A DNA stretch of 64,000 nt from Sphagnum compactum. Its lineage: Eukaryota. Made by a program: the position numbers and the translations under genes. Below the pieces are notes generated by a model. It worked only from the letters and a program-made list of their open reading frames with translations. It ran no database searches and was not told the DNA's origin. Location: the NCBI GenBank assembly GCA_965153455.1, contig OZ234493.1, positions 36,756,213 through 36,820,212 on the forward strand. Direction: 5' to 3'. Below are positions 42,010-53,603 of the stretch, in pieces; position 1 is the first letter of the stretch; each line of letters begins with the position of its first letter.

Positions 42010-43385
42010 TATAAAAACGTTGGTGAGAGTCCCTCTCGATCCTCCACAGTGGTGGGACAACAGACCAGCAAGAATGGTGAAAAAGAATGTGAGATTTCCC
42101 CTTATCCAACATAAGAAAACACTACACCCATGTTGGCTGAACTACAAACACAATCCTTGTTGGGTGCAAGTGAAGCTTGTGGCCATGGTTCCAAGGAGTG
42201 GACAAATGAACATCAAATGCCCAACTTGGAATGTGTGTGAAATCTAGACAATGGGAGCAAGCCATTGGGTTTTTCCAGCAAATGAAAAGAGAACACATGA
42301 CTCCAAACACCTTCAATTTTGTTCTAGTGCTCAAAGCATGTACAAAGTTGCGACTACTACAAGAAGGCAAACGCATTCATATAGAGATCTTGTAAATTGG
42401 TTGTGAGTTTGATGTTTTTGTGAGCACCAGCCTCATCAATATGTACATCAAGTGTGGGAGCAAAAAAAATGCTTGCAAATTTTTCAACAGAATGTTCAGC
42501 CATGATTTGGTCTCTTGGACAACCATGATCTTTGGCCATGTCAAACAGGGAGAAGCATAAAAGGCATTGGAGTCGAATTAACATATACAAGGAGTGGTGC
42601 TGAATTTTGTCAATTTTGTGCTAGTCCTAAGTGCATGTGGAAGTTTATCAGTAATCAAAGAAGGTAGGGATGTTCATCAACAGATAATTCTAACTGGTTG
42701 TGAATCGAATGTTCATGAGTCTGGGCATTCTATTGAACACTTGCTAAACATCCTCCAAGCTCCTGCAATTTGCATACCTGTTAAAAAAACTACAACCAAC
42801 AAACACATTAGACTCACAGCTACTCTATTAGATTTGTTCATAAGTTAACCTACATTCCTTGAGTGCCATGACAATAGGACACACATTCAAGACCTCCACA
42901 AAGGTGACATAGTTGGGTTGCGTCCCTTTACATTGCATTAAACTTGCCAGCTACATTTTTGGGTACAATTTTAATGCCTTGTGTCCTCACAATCCACTCA
43001 TAACCAATTTGAATGACCTCTTCATGAATACAACTGCCCTCTTCAAGTGCAACAACACTTGTACAAGCATTCAAAAATCCCACAAAGATGACAGGGCATA
43101 GTTTCAAAGAATGCAAGGGGAAGAAGGGGTGTAGTTAGATACTTCACCTTTTTGGGAATGTTGCATGCATGTATTAGCATTTTTGCACTTGAAGATGGCA
43201 AGCATGTTCACAAAAAGATCATTCCAAACAACTATTGGAATTTTGATGTTTGTGTGAGTAATTCCCTAATTTGTACATACACCAAATGTAGGTGCCCAAA
43301 GGACGTTTTGAGTTCAACATGATGTCCATCAAGGTTGCTTGGAATGCCATGATTCTGGGGTATGTGGAATGTTGACGATGATTTT
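42010..43385 (+). pseudogene. Decayed PDF-motif plus PLS-PPR gene with an internal inversion, cut off by an LTR element
   Basis: DPPQWWDNRP..KKNVRFP..QHKKT..CWL..KHNPCWVQVKLVAMVP, followed by PPR remnants (QWEQAIGFFQQMKREHMTPNTFNFVLVLKAC.., DLVSWTTMIFGHVK). Many frameshifts; no DYW domain in view. Confidence 0.82.
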
Positions 43386-46300
43386 TGATGCACTCCCAAG
43401 TTCCTAGTGGACCCATTTGAGGGTCCAAGTATGTGGCAATGCGGAAGGAGTTGGAACTTGGAGCACGCTCTCGACTTCTAGCACTAGAGGGGGGTGAGAG
43501 GGGTGTGCTAGAAGTCCCGGGATAGACTAGGAAGAATTGATAAGCTTATTCACTCACACGGGCCTGCACACAACCCACACAAAGTGGTTAATGCATAGTT
43601 GGAGCACCTTTGGTGCTAGGACGAGCCTCGGGCAACACGGACACACAAGACTCACCACGGCCCGGACTTGGGGGAAGCCACCACCTTCCCCCTTATAGTA
43701 TACTCTGCAGCTCTCCACGGAGGCTACATCCAAATGGCTATTTTTCCCGGGACTCCCGAGTGGGAGTCCCGAAATCGCGCCAAATGGGACTCCCGCGACT
43801 TTGGAGCCCCATAACTTTGCGAGCAGACCTCGGATTGCGATGCGGTCTAAAGCAAAGTTGTAGATCTCGTCGAGACCTTTTCAACGGTATGTCGCACGTC
43901 CTCTGCAGCCTAGTATTTCGGATCGATTCTTGACTTTTAGTGGTCGGGAGTCAAAACTGGCAGACTCCCGGGAATTCGACTCCCGATCCTTCTTTTGGCC
44001 ATAACTTGTGTTTCAGATGTCCAAATGAACAATGCGAGCCCATTTTAGATATCTATGCTTCAAGAGCTTTCCAATGATATAAAAAACGCCACAAGACATT
44101 GAGGTTTGACACCTGCAATTGCTCTCTGAAGTTTCTGGAGTCCACCGGGACTCCATCTCCCAAAGTGGGAGTCGCCTTGGGAGTGTGAGTGTTCACTCCC
44201 TCACACTTTCTTACACTCCCGGGAGTGTGATGTGACTCCCGGGCTTTCTCTTGCCTTGGCTCCCGGGCTTCCTCTTGGTTTAACTCCCGAGCTTCCTTTT
44301 GGTTTAACTCCCGGGCTTCCTCTTGGCCCGCAACCTTATAACCCCTTTGCCTTTGGTCCTGAGCCCAAAGCTAGGGTTGCGACACTCTCCCCCACTAGAA
44401 GAAGAGGTCAATGTCCTCATTGACACTTAGAATTTCTTTCAACAATTGCAATTGCTTTCTTTTGGATCCTTGGCCATCAAATGCCGGCTCCTTGCGGCCG
44501 GACCTTGCCTCAAGCTAACTTAGGCGTCCCCAAGCTTCCAACACTCTCTTGGCAAGTCCAAATGTGTCTCAATAAAAACCCTCCATTGCTTCGTTAAAAG
44601 ACCTAACTAGCCTAATTGACGAAGCCCTCATTTGGGAGGCCATTCTTTCAACCTTCCCCTCATGAGGAACTCAAGCCAAGCCTAATCTTGACCTAAGCTA
44701 CTTGACATGACTCCTTTCCCAATCTTGCGCTTTGATCACAACAATCAAGCCTTCCTAAAGGTATGCTTATCAAGGTACGAGAAGCGACGTTTAAGCTTTG
44801 CAAAAGCCTAAGTCCTAAGTTACGCGATTATAGTACACGAACGGGGTCATGACTTCCCGCGTTGGCCGCCACTACCAACCAACCCCTTGGGATGCACTTT
44901 GGGCATGTGCACGTCCCTGCAAGCTCACCTTGCTTGCCTCCTCTTTTGGGACCAAGATTTCTCCTAGCCCCCAAGTAGGAGTCCGATTTTGATTTGGGCT
45001 TACGCAAGAAAGTTCCATTTGTCCATGCCACTTGACAACGCCCCCCTTTCTAACATACTATTATGTTTGTGATGCAATCTCTCGAAAGTCTTTAGCCTTT
45101 ATTTCACTTACAATTTGATTTGGTACATTTGTGTAACTTTCCGCCCCCTAAAAGAAAGGTGATGTCCTCATCACGCTCTATGTTTCCTTTGCCTTTTAGC
45201 CGGTCTATTGTGGAATTCTTCTATGGCTTCTTGGGCATGTTCCATGTCAGACTCATTCACCCAAGATGCCTCTATTGGATGGTATCCTTTCCACTTGACC
45301 AAGTACTCCCGCTCTCGCCCCTTTAATTGCCTTGACTTGAGCACGGCCTCCACTTCAAATTTCGATTCATTATGAACCAAATCCGGAGGGGGCCTTGAGT
45401 TGTGCTCTCGATCGGGCCTTGAAGCATCACGGACGACCGGCTTCAAAAGCGAAACATGAAATATGGGATGAACCTTGAGATTTTCCGGTAGTTCTAACTT
45501 GTAAGTGTCGGGAAATTTCTTTTCCAACACTTTGAATAGACCCACATATGGGCCCAAGAACTTGTGGCTCAAACCTTCGAGCAACCGAAAATTCTTGATG
45601 TTCAACCACACTTCATCCCCTTCTTCAAAATTCACCTCTCGTCGGGACTTGTTCGCAAAGTCTTTGTACCTTTTATGTGCCTTCTCAAGATTGGCCTTCG
45701 CCCTTTCCCACAAGCGCCGCCTCTCTTCATCAAGTTGTGTGACCATGGGCACTTCCTCACTCGCATCACTTTGGAGTTGTCCCACCCAAGTTATGGGCAC
45801 AATTGGTGACTTGCCCGTCACCATTTGAAAGGGGGTGGCTCCCGTTGCCGAATGCTCCGAATTGTTGTAACAAAACTCGGCCAACTCCAAATGGTCCACC
45901 CAATCTTGTTGATCCGCCGCCACATAATTCCTTAGGAATTGTTGGATCACCAAGTTCACCCTCTCGGTTTGTCCATCCGTTTGGGGTCGGAAAGAGGTGC
46001 TCATCTTGAGCCCCGTCCCCATGCGCTTCCACAAGGCTCTCAAAAACTTGCTTGTGAACTTTGGGTCTCGGTCCGACACAATGTCCTTTGGAAGCCCATG
46101 ATGCTTGAACACGTGGGTGAAGAACAACCTTCCCGTCTCTTGGGCCGTAGCACTTTCCTTGGTGGGAATGAAATGTGCCATCTTGCTAAATCGATCCACC
46201 ACCACCATTATTGCATCAAATCCCTTTGATGGGGGTAAGCTCACCATGAAATCCATGGAGACACTTTCCCACGGCCCTTCCGGAATGGGTAACGGTCGCA

Positions 46301-49300
46301 ACAACCCGGCTTGCTTTTTATTGACTACCCGGTTTTGTTGGCAAGTCAAGCAAGTCTTCACGTATTCTTCCACATCCTCTTTCAAGTTGGGCCAATAGTA
46401 GGACTTCTTCAAGAATGTGGTAATGTGCTTTGCACCACCGTGGCCCACAAGGGGCCCATCGTGACATTCCTTCAAAAGCACATCCCTTAACCTCCCTTTT
46501 GGAACATAGAGCCTTCTTTGCTTGTACCACAATAATCCATTTTGCAAATGAAAATGGGACTTGGCTCCATTTTGGATGTTTTGCCTTGCTTCCTTGGCAA
46601 AAGCATCCCGGCAGCTTGCTAGTCTAACTTCCTTTTGAAGTTCCGTGTCTCCCACATACACCACTCTAAGTTGGTGCTTCCGGCTCAAGGCATTGGGGAC
46701 TATGTTCTCCTTTCCTGACTTGTGCCGGATGTCCACATTGAACAAGGCCAATGTGTCTTGCCATCTTACTTGTTTTGATGACAACTTTGGTTGAGTTGCG
46801 AAGTACTTCAAGGTGACATTGTCGGTCTACACCACCACATCTTTGGAACCTATGTAGTGGCCCCAAGTCTTGAGACAATATATCACGGCCCACATTTCCT
46901 TCTCATGGGTTGGCCACCTTCGCTCCGTCTCATTCAACTTCTTGCTTTCGAAGGCCACCGGCCTTCCATCTTGCACTAGGACTCCTCCTATGGCAAAGTC
47001 GGAAGCATCGGAATGGATCTTAAAGTCCTTGTCAAAATCGGGCAACTTCAACACGGGCGCCTTCACCAAAATGCCTTTCAAAGTCTCAAAGGCCTCATTG
47101 CATGCCTCCTCCCATTCATAAGTCCCGGATGACTTCTTCAAAAGGTTTGTCAAAGGTGTGCCTATCTTTGCAAAGTTCTTGATGAACTTGCGATAATAAG
47201 AAGCCAATCCCAAAAAGGACCTTAAGGCGGGAACGGACTTAGGTGGTTCCCAATCCAAGATTGCCTTCACTTTGTGGTCATCCATTTTCAAACCTTCTTG
47301 GGTGATCCTATGCCCAAGGAAATCCACCTCCGAGACTCCAAACTCACATTTCTCGAACTTGGCATACAGCTTGTTTTCTTTTAACCTTTGGAACACCTTA
47401 CGAAGGTGCTCCGCATGCTCCTCCAAGGAGCTACTATAGATCAAAATGTCGTCTATGTAGACGACCACAAAATCATCAAGTCATTCTCAGAAAATGTCAT
47501 TCATGAGGGTGCAAAATGTGGCGGGTGCATTGGTGAGCCCAAATGGCATCACCAAGAATTCATATGAACCATACCTTGTGCGGCAAGCGGTTTTCTCTTC
47601 ATCCCCTTGTGCAATTCGAATTTGGTAGTATCCCGAACGTAGGTCAATCCTACTAAACACTTTGGCTCCCGAAAGCCGATCAAACAAGTCATCAATCCGA
47701 GGCAATGGGTACCGATTCTTCACCGTCACCTTGTTGAGGGCTCTATAATCCACACACATCCTCAAAGTCCCATCCTTCTTGTGGACAAAAAGGACGGGTG
47801 CCCCATATGGTGACTTGCTAGGCTTGATGTATCCCTTTGCAAGGAGTTCTTCGAGTTGAACCTTGAGCTCTTTTAACTCCTCATGACTCATTCGATACGA
47901 GGCTTTGGCGGGAGGTGCCACTCCCGGGACCACCTCAATGGCATGGTCCACTTGTCTTCTCGGGGGCAACTCATCGGGCAACTCTTCGGGCATCACATCC
48001 GGGAATTCCTCTAACACTTGCTTGATGCACTTGTGGGGGCTCACCACCTTGGTGGCTTCCTTTGGTTCAAACTCATCCAAAACCCGCATCACACATAACA
48101 TGCCATAGCCTCCCCCACATTCTTTTTCCAAGTTCTTTCCCAACATCAAGTGGATGGTGGTCCCACCCACACTAGGCACTTCATGTGCCTTCACCCGCAC
48201 AATCTCACTTTTGGATGGGATCTTAACTAGCCTATTGTGCCCTTCTATGAGCACATTGTTTTGTGTGATGAATTCCATTCTCAAAATGCAATCCATGCCC
48301 CCTAAGGTGGAAACTAACAAATCCACCTTGCCTCTCCAATTCCCCAATTGGAGCGGCACATCTCTTGCTTGCAACTTGGTGGGATGGGGAATCCCATCCG
48401 CAAAGTGCACCTCTATGGGTGCCTTGAGCTCCTCCAACCGGAGCTCCATTCTTTGGGCACTTTCTTGGGTTATGAAGTTCTGGGAAGCGCCTGTGTCCAA
48501 AAGACATAAAACTTCCCGCTTAGAAACTTTCCCTTTTAAGAAAATAAGGCGGTTACATTCACCTTGGACTAGGCTAGCGGAAAGGGCACTTACCTTAGGA
48601 GCCCCATTCCCCGATTTGGGTTTAGGGCAATCCTTGGAGTAATGCCCCACTTCATTACAATTGAAGCATACTCCCTTGGGTTTCCCACTAGCATCTCCCT
48701 TGGGTTGGCTCACTTTGAAAGGAGCCCCCTTCTTGACAAAATTTCCCTTGGGTTTAAAACCCGAGCCTTGGAATTGTTTAGGTTTTTCCCCTTTTGAGGT
48801 GTCTTGGCCTCGGTTCCATTCCCCTTCATGGCGTGCCTTTTTATGAGAGAACTTGCTATCCTTTTTGAATCCGGATTTTTCACCTCGTCCCACATCCAAA
48901 AAGCCTTCCACTTTCATGATGGCTTCGGTTAGTGAGGTGGGCCAATTCTCCTCAAGCTTGCGTTTGGCCCAAATGGGAAATCCCATCACAAAGTGGCACA
49001 CCCGGTCTAATTCATGCATATGCCGAATCTCAAGCATGAGTTCGGAGTAAGCCCTCACATATTGGCGCAAGTTGTCATTGCTCCCATTCTCAAGGTCACG
49101 GAGTTTGCATCTTGAAATGTAGTCAGAATTCTTGAGAATGAATTCCAACTCAATACGCTCCTTGAAGAATTCCCATGTGTAGCCATGGGTCTTCCCTTCT
49201 TCTTGCCTCACCGTCCTCCACCATGTGGAGGCATAGCCCTTCAAATAGGATTGGGCAAGTTCCACGGCCGAATGCCGACCAACCTTGGCGGCATGAAGGT

Positions 49301-50585
49301 AGTCCTCCATTTCTGCAAGCCAAGCATCCACAACCTTCCGATCCCGAGCCCCATCAAAGTTCCCGGGCCTAACGGACTTGAATCCCACACTTTTGGATGA
49401 ACCTCCCATGAGGGCCGCAACCAATTCACTAAAATCGGGCCTATTCATTTTGAGTAGGACCTCCAATTGTTCCGGGGTGAAGAGGACTCCATTTGGTTGT
49501 TCCTCTTCATTTTCATGCTCCTCAAGGCTAACACGGTCTTCTTCATCTTCGGAATGGTTTTGTTCCTCCTCCCTCATAGCTTCGGGAGGAACATCTAGGT
49601 CTTGGGTGGGTTCTTCCACCACGGGCTCTTGGACTAGCTTGCGGGTCTTCTTTGGTGCCATCGGGACTCTCCAATAAATGGATCGAGCTCTCCCCGAGCT
49701 CTGATACCAAATGACGCACTCCCAAGTTCCTAGTGGACCCACTTGAGGGTCCAAGTATGTGGCAATGCGGAAGGAGTTGGAACTTGGAGCACGCTCCCGA
49801 CTTCTAGCACTAGAGGGGTGAGAGGGGTGTGCTGGAAGTCCCGGGATAGACTAGGACGAGTTGACAAGCTTGACTCACTCACACGGGCCTGCACATAACC
49901 CACACAAAGTGGTTAGTGCAAAGTTGGAGCACCCTTGGTGCTAGGACGAGCCACAGGCAACACGGACACACAAGACTCACCACGGCCCGGACTTGGGGGA
50001 AGCCACCACCTTCCCCCTTATAGTATACTCTGCAGCTCTCCACGGAGGCTACATCCAAATGGCTATTTTTCCTGGGACTCCCGAGTGGGAGTCCCGAAAT
50101 CGCGCCAAATGGGATTCCCGCGACTTTGGAGCCCCATAACTTTGCGAGTAGACCTCGGATCGCAATGCGGTCTGAAGCAAAGTTGTAGATCTCGTCGAGA
50201 CCTTTTCAACGGTATGTCGCACGTCCTCTGCAGCCTAGTATTTTGGGTCGATTCCCGACTTTTAGTGGTCGGGAGTCAAAATTGGCAAACTCCCAGGAAT
50301 TCGACTCCCGACCCTTCTTTTGGCCATAACTTGTGTTTCAGATGTCCAAATGAGCAATGTGAGCCCATTTTAGATATCTACGCTTCAAGAGCTTTTCCAA
50401 TGAGTGTTCACTCCCTCACACTCCCTCACACTTTCTTACACTCCCGGGAGTGTGATGTGACTCCCGGGCTTTCTCTTGCCTTGACTCCCGAGCTTCCTCT
50501 TGGTTTAACTCCCGGGCTTCCTCTTGGCCCGCAACCTTATAAACCCTTTGCCTTTGGTCCCGGGCCCAAAGCTAGGGTTGCGACA
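43386..50585 (-). mobile_element. Near-complete Ty3/gypsy chromovirus (Galadriel-like)
   Basis: TG..CA LTRs at 49712-50585 (5') and 43386-44384 (3'). tRNA-iMet PBS TGGTATCAGAGC at 49698-49709 and PPT at 44385-44393. Domain order gag-PR-RT-RH-INT-chromodomain. Confidence 0.97.
45171..49661 (-). pseudogene. gag-pol polyprotein in a single frame, broken by three nonsense codons
   Basis: ATG at 49661 (MAPKKTRK). [14 protein letters not shown] knuckle, LLDTGAS protease, YIDD RT, DASD RNase H, HHCC and DDE integrase, chromodomain EYLVKWKGY. Stops in NDIF*E*LDD (~47480-47489) and DVVV*TDN (46827). Confidence 0.95.
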
Positions 50586-50785
50586 ACGTCGGACTTCGTA
50601 AAGACTTAGTAAATTATGTATTCGAAAACATATATAAATGAAACAAATTTGTAAGTTCATCTAAGTTTTTCACATGTTTGTGAAGTTCGTAATTGTTATG
50701 TCTGAATAAGTCTGTCGCTCTTCTCGCCACAACCACGGCATAAGGATTCCTTCACAAATATGCACCAGTGCAGGATATCCACAGA

Positions 50786-51873
50786 TGACGCGCTCCCAAG
50801 TTCCTTGTGGACCCACTCGAGGGTCCAAGTATGCGGCAATGCGGAAGCGGTTGGAATTTGGAGCCGCTCCCTAGCTCACAACACTTGAGGGGTAGAAGGG
50901 TGTGTTGGAGCTCCGGGATGGGACTAGGAAGAGTTGACAAGCTTGACTCACTCACACGGACCCTCCATTAACCACTCCAAGTGGTTAGTCCAAAGTTGGA
51001 GCACCTTTGGTGCTAGGAAGAGCCACGGCCCGGACCTTGGGGAAGCCATCACCTTCCCCCTTGGGACTCATGTTGAATCCTTTTTGGTGTTGGGACAAGC
51101 CACGGGTGAACTCGGACTCACTTTGAACACACACACACTCCGGGCTCGGGAGTAAGCCACCACCTCACTCCCTTTGGTGGGGAAGCCAGCACCTTCCCCC
51201 TTGGGGAAGCCAACCACTTCCCCCCTTATAGTATACTCTGTGACTCCACGGAGGCTACATCCAAATGGCTATTTTTCCCGGGACTCCCGAGTGGGAGTCC
51301 CGAAATCGCGCCAAATGGGACTCCCGCGACTTTGGAGCCCCATAACTTTGCGAGCAGACCTCGGATCGCGATGCGGTCTGAAGCAAAGTTGTAGATCTCG
51401 TCGAGACCTTTCCAACGGTATGTCGCACGTCCTCTGCAGCCCAGTATTTCGGGTCGATTCCCGACTTTTAGTGGTCGGGAGTCAAAACTGGACGACTCCC
51501 GGGAATTCGACTCCCGGGCCTTCTTTTGGCCATAACTTGTGTTTCAGATGTCCAAATGAGCAATGCGAGCCCATTTTGGACATCTACACTTCAAGAGCTT
51601 TCCATTGATATAAAGTGCAAAACAAGCCATGGAGTTTTGACCCCTCAAAACGCTCTCTGAAGTTTCGGGAGTCCCTCCGGGACTCCAACTCTCACCAACT
51701 CCCAACGTGGGAGTTCACTTGGGAGTGTGAGGGTTCACTCCCTCACACTCTCTGGACTCTTTGCACTCCTTGCACTCCCGGGAGCATGTGATGTGCCTCC
51801 CGGGTCTACTACTAGGCCCGCAACCTCACAACCCCCTTGCCTTGGTCGCAAGCCAAAGGCTAGGGTTGCGACA
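50786..51873 (-). mobile_element. Solo LTR with TSD ACAGA
   Basis: TGACGCGCTCCC...GGGTTGCGACA, flanked by ACAGA at 50781-50785 and 51874-51878. Confidence 0.95.
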
Positions 51874-52272
51874 ACAGATGTCAATATGGGCATATTTTTC
51901 GCTCGAAGGGATTCGTCCAGCTTTGGAAAATAAAATCAAGGCAAAATTTTCTTCCCTTTGCAAGAGCTTGCGGGAACCACTGTCTGACCTGAGCAGACGA
52001 GACAAATTTTGAATTCATGACACCTTATGCCAGGAGTTTAATTTTTTGCTGAGCTTTTTTCTTCGGAAAACAACGTTTTAAAATTACTCTATTCGGATGG
52101 GTCTCTCAGACTAATGCAATGGAACAACAAACTCTGAGTGGTATCACTAACAAGATATAAAATATGCAGACCTCTGGTCAGTAGATTCGCCTTCCTCAAC
52201 ATTAAATATTTTTTGCCACACTTAATAATCAACCTAAAAATGGACTTAACAAATGGCCTCCATAATAGCTCA

Positions 52273-52276
<4 letters not shown>

Positions 52277-52308
<32 letters not shown>
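52277..52308. repeat. (TA)n microsatellite
   Basis: About 16 TA units. Confidence 0.9.
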
Positions 52309-52312
<4 letters not shown>

Positions 52313-52650
52313 AAAAACATAATAACAACCAGCAATCGGTATAGAGAAGGCGAAACCTAACTTTAAAGGAGAAATAAAATTGATGAATAATTTCACAGAT
52401 AATAAAGGTCAAATTTGTGTTTAAGGACCTTCGACAAAAACATGTTCATTATTGATCAACCACACTACGACACCCTCGCCAAATTGGTTAGCTCCAAACA
52501 ACGACTCCATGGCAAAGTCAAAATTGAACTCATTTTAATTTAAAAGAAAAATAAGTTAAGGACAAGTAAAAAAGTATTGTATATTGCCATGTTTTCTAAT
52601 AGAGAAGGCATGCATTTTGAGCTTTCATTGCTCTTACATCGAGTATCTGC

Positions 52651-53603
52651 TGTCGCAACCCTAGCCTTGGCTCGCGACCAAGGCAAGGGGGTCGCAAGTG
52701 TGCGGGCCTATAAGTAGACCCGGGGGTCATATCACATGCTCCCGGGAGTGCAAAGAGTGTGAGGGAGTGAACCCTCACACTCCCAAGTGAACTCCCATGT
52801 TGGGAGTTGGTGAGAGTGGAGTCCCAAAAGGACTCCTGAAACTTCAGAGAGCATTTTGAGGGGTCAAAACTCAATGGCTTGTTGCGCTCTTTACATCAAT
52901 GGAAAGCTCTTGAAGTGTAGATGTCTAAAATGAGCTCGCATTGCTCATTTGAATATCTGAAACACGAGTTATGGCCAAAAGAAGGCTCGGGAGTCGAACT
53001 CCCGGGAGTCCGCCAGTTTTGACTACCGACCACTAAAAGTCGGGAATCGACCCGAAATACTTGGCTGCAGAAAACGTGCGACATATCGTTGAAAAGGTCT
53101 CGACAAGACCTACAACTTTGCTTCAGACGGCAAGTCGATCGGAGGTCTGCTCCGATAGTTACAAAGCTTCAAAGTTGCGGGAGTCCCGAAAATGCGCGAT
53201 TTCGGGACTCCCACGCGGGAGTCCCGGGAGTCCCGGGACAAAATGGCCATTTGGATGCCACCCCCGCGACGAGTCACAGAGTATACTATAGGGAGTAAGG
53301 TGGTGGCTTACTCCCGAGCCCGAGGTGTGGTGTGTCAAAGTGAGTCCGAGTTCACCCGTGGCTATCCCAACACCAAAAGGACCCAGAATGAGTTCTAACC
53401 ACTTTGTGTGGTTTCATGCAGGCCCGTGTGAGTGAGTAAAGCTTGTCAATTCTTCCTAGTCTATCCCGGGACTTCTAGCACACCCCTCTCACCCCCCCCC
53501 TCTAGTGCTAGAAGTCGGGAGCGTGCTCCAAGTTCCAACTCCTTCCGCATTGCCCCATACTTGGACCCTCAAGTGGGTCCACAAGGAACTTGGGAGTGCG
53601 TCA
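52651..53603 (+). mobile_element. Solo LTR with TSD TCTGC
   Basis: TGTCGCAACCCTAG...GGGAGTGCGTCA, flanked by TCTGC at 52646-52650 and 53604-53608. Confidence 0.95.

Noticed and set aside
49935-50609. 224-aa ORF and similar ORFs at 43610, 51174, 60138 and 61741
   Set aside because: They lie inside LTRs and recur because the LTR recurs. The frames are not kept between copies and no domain is recognisable.
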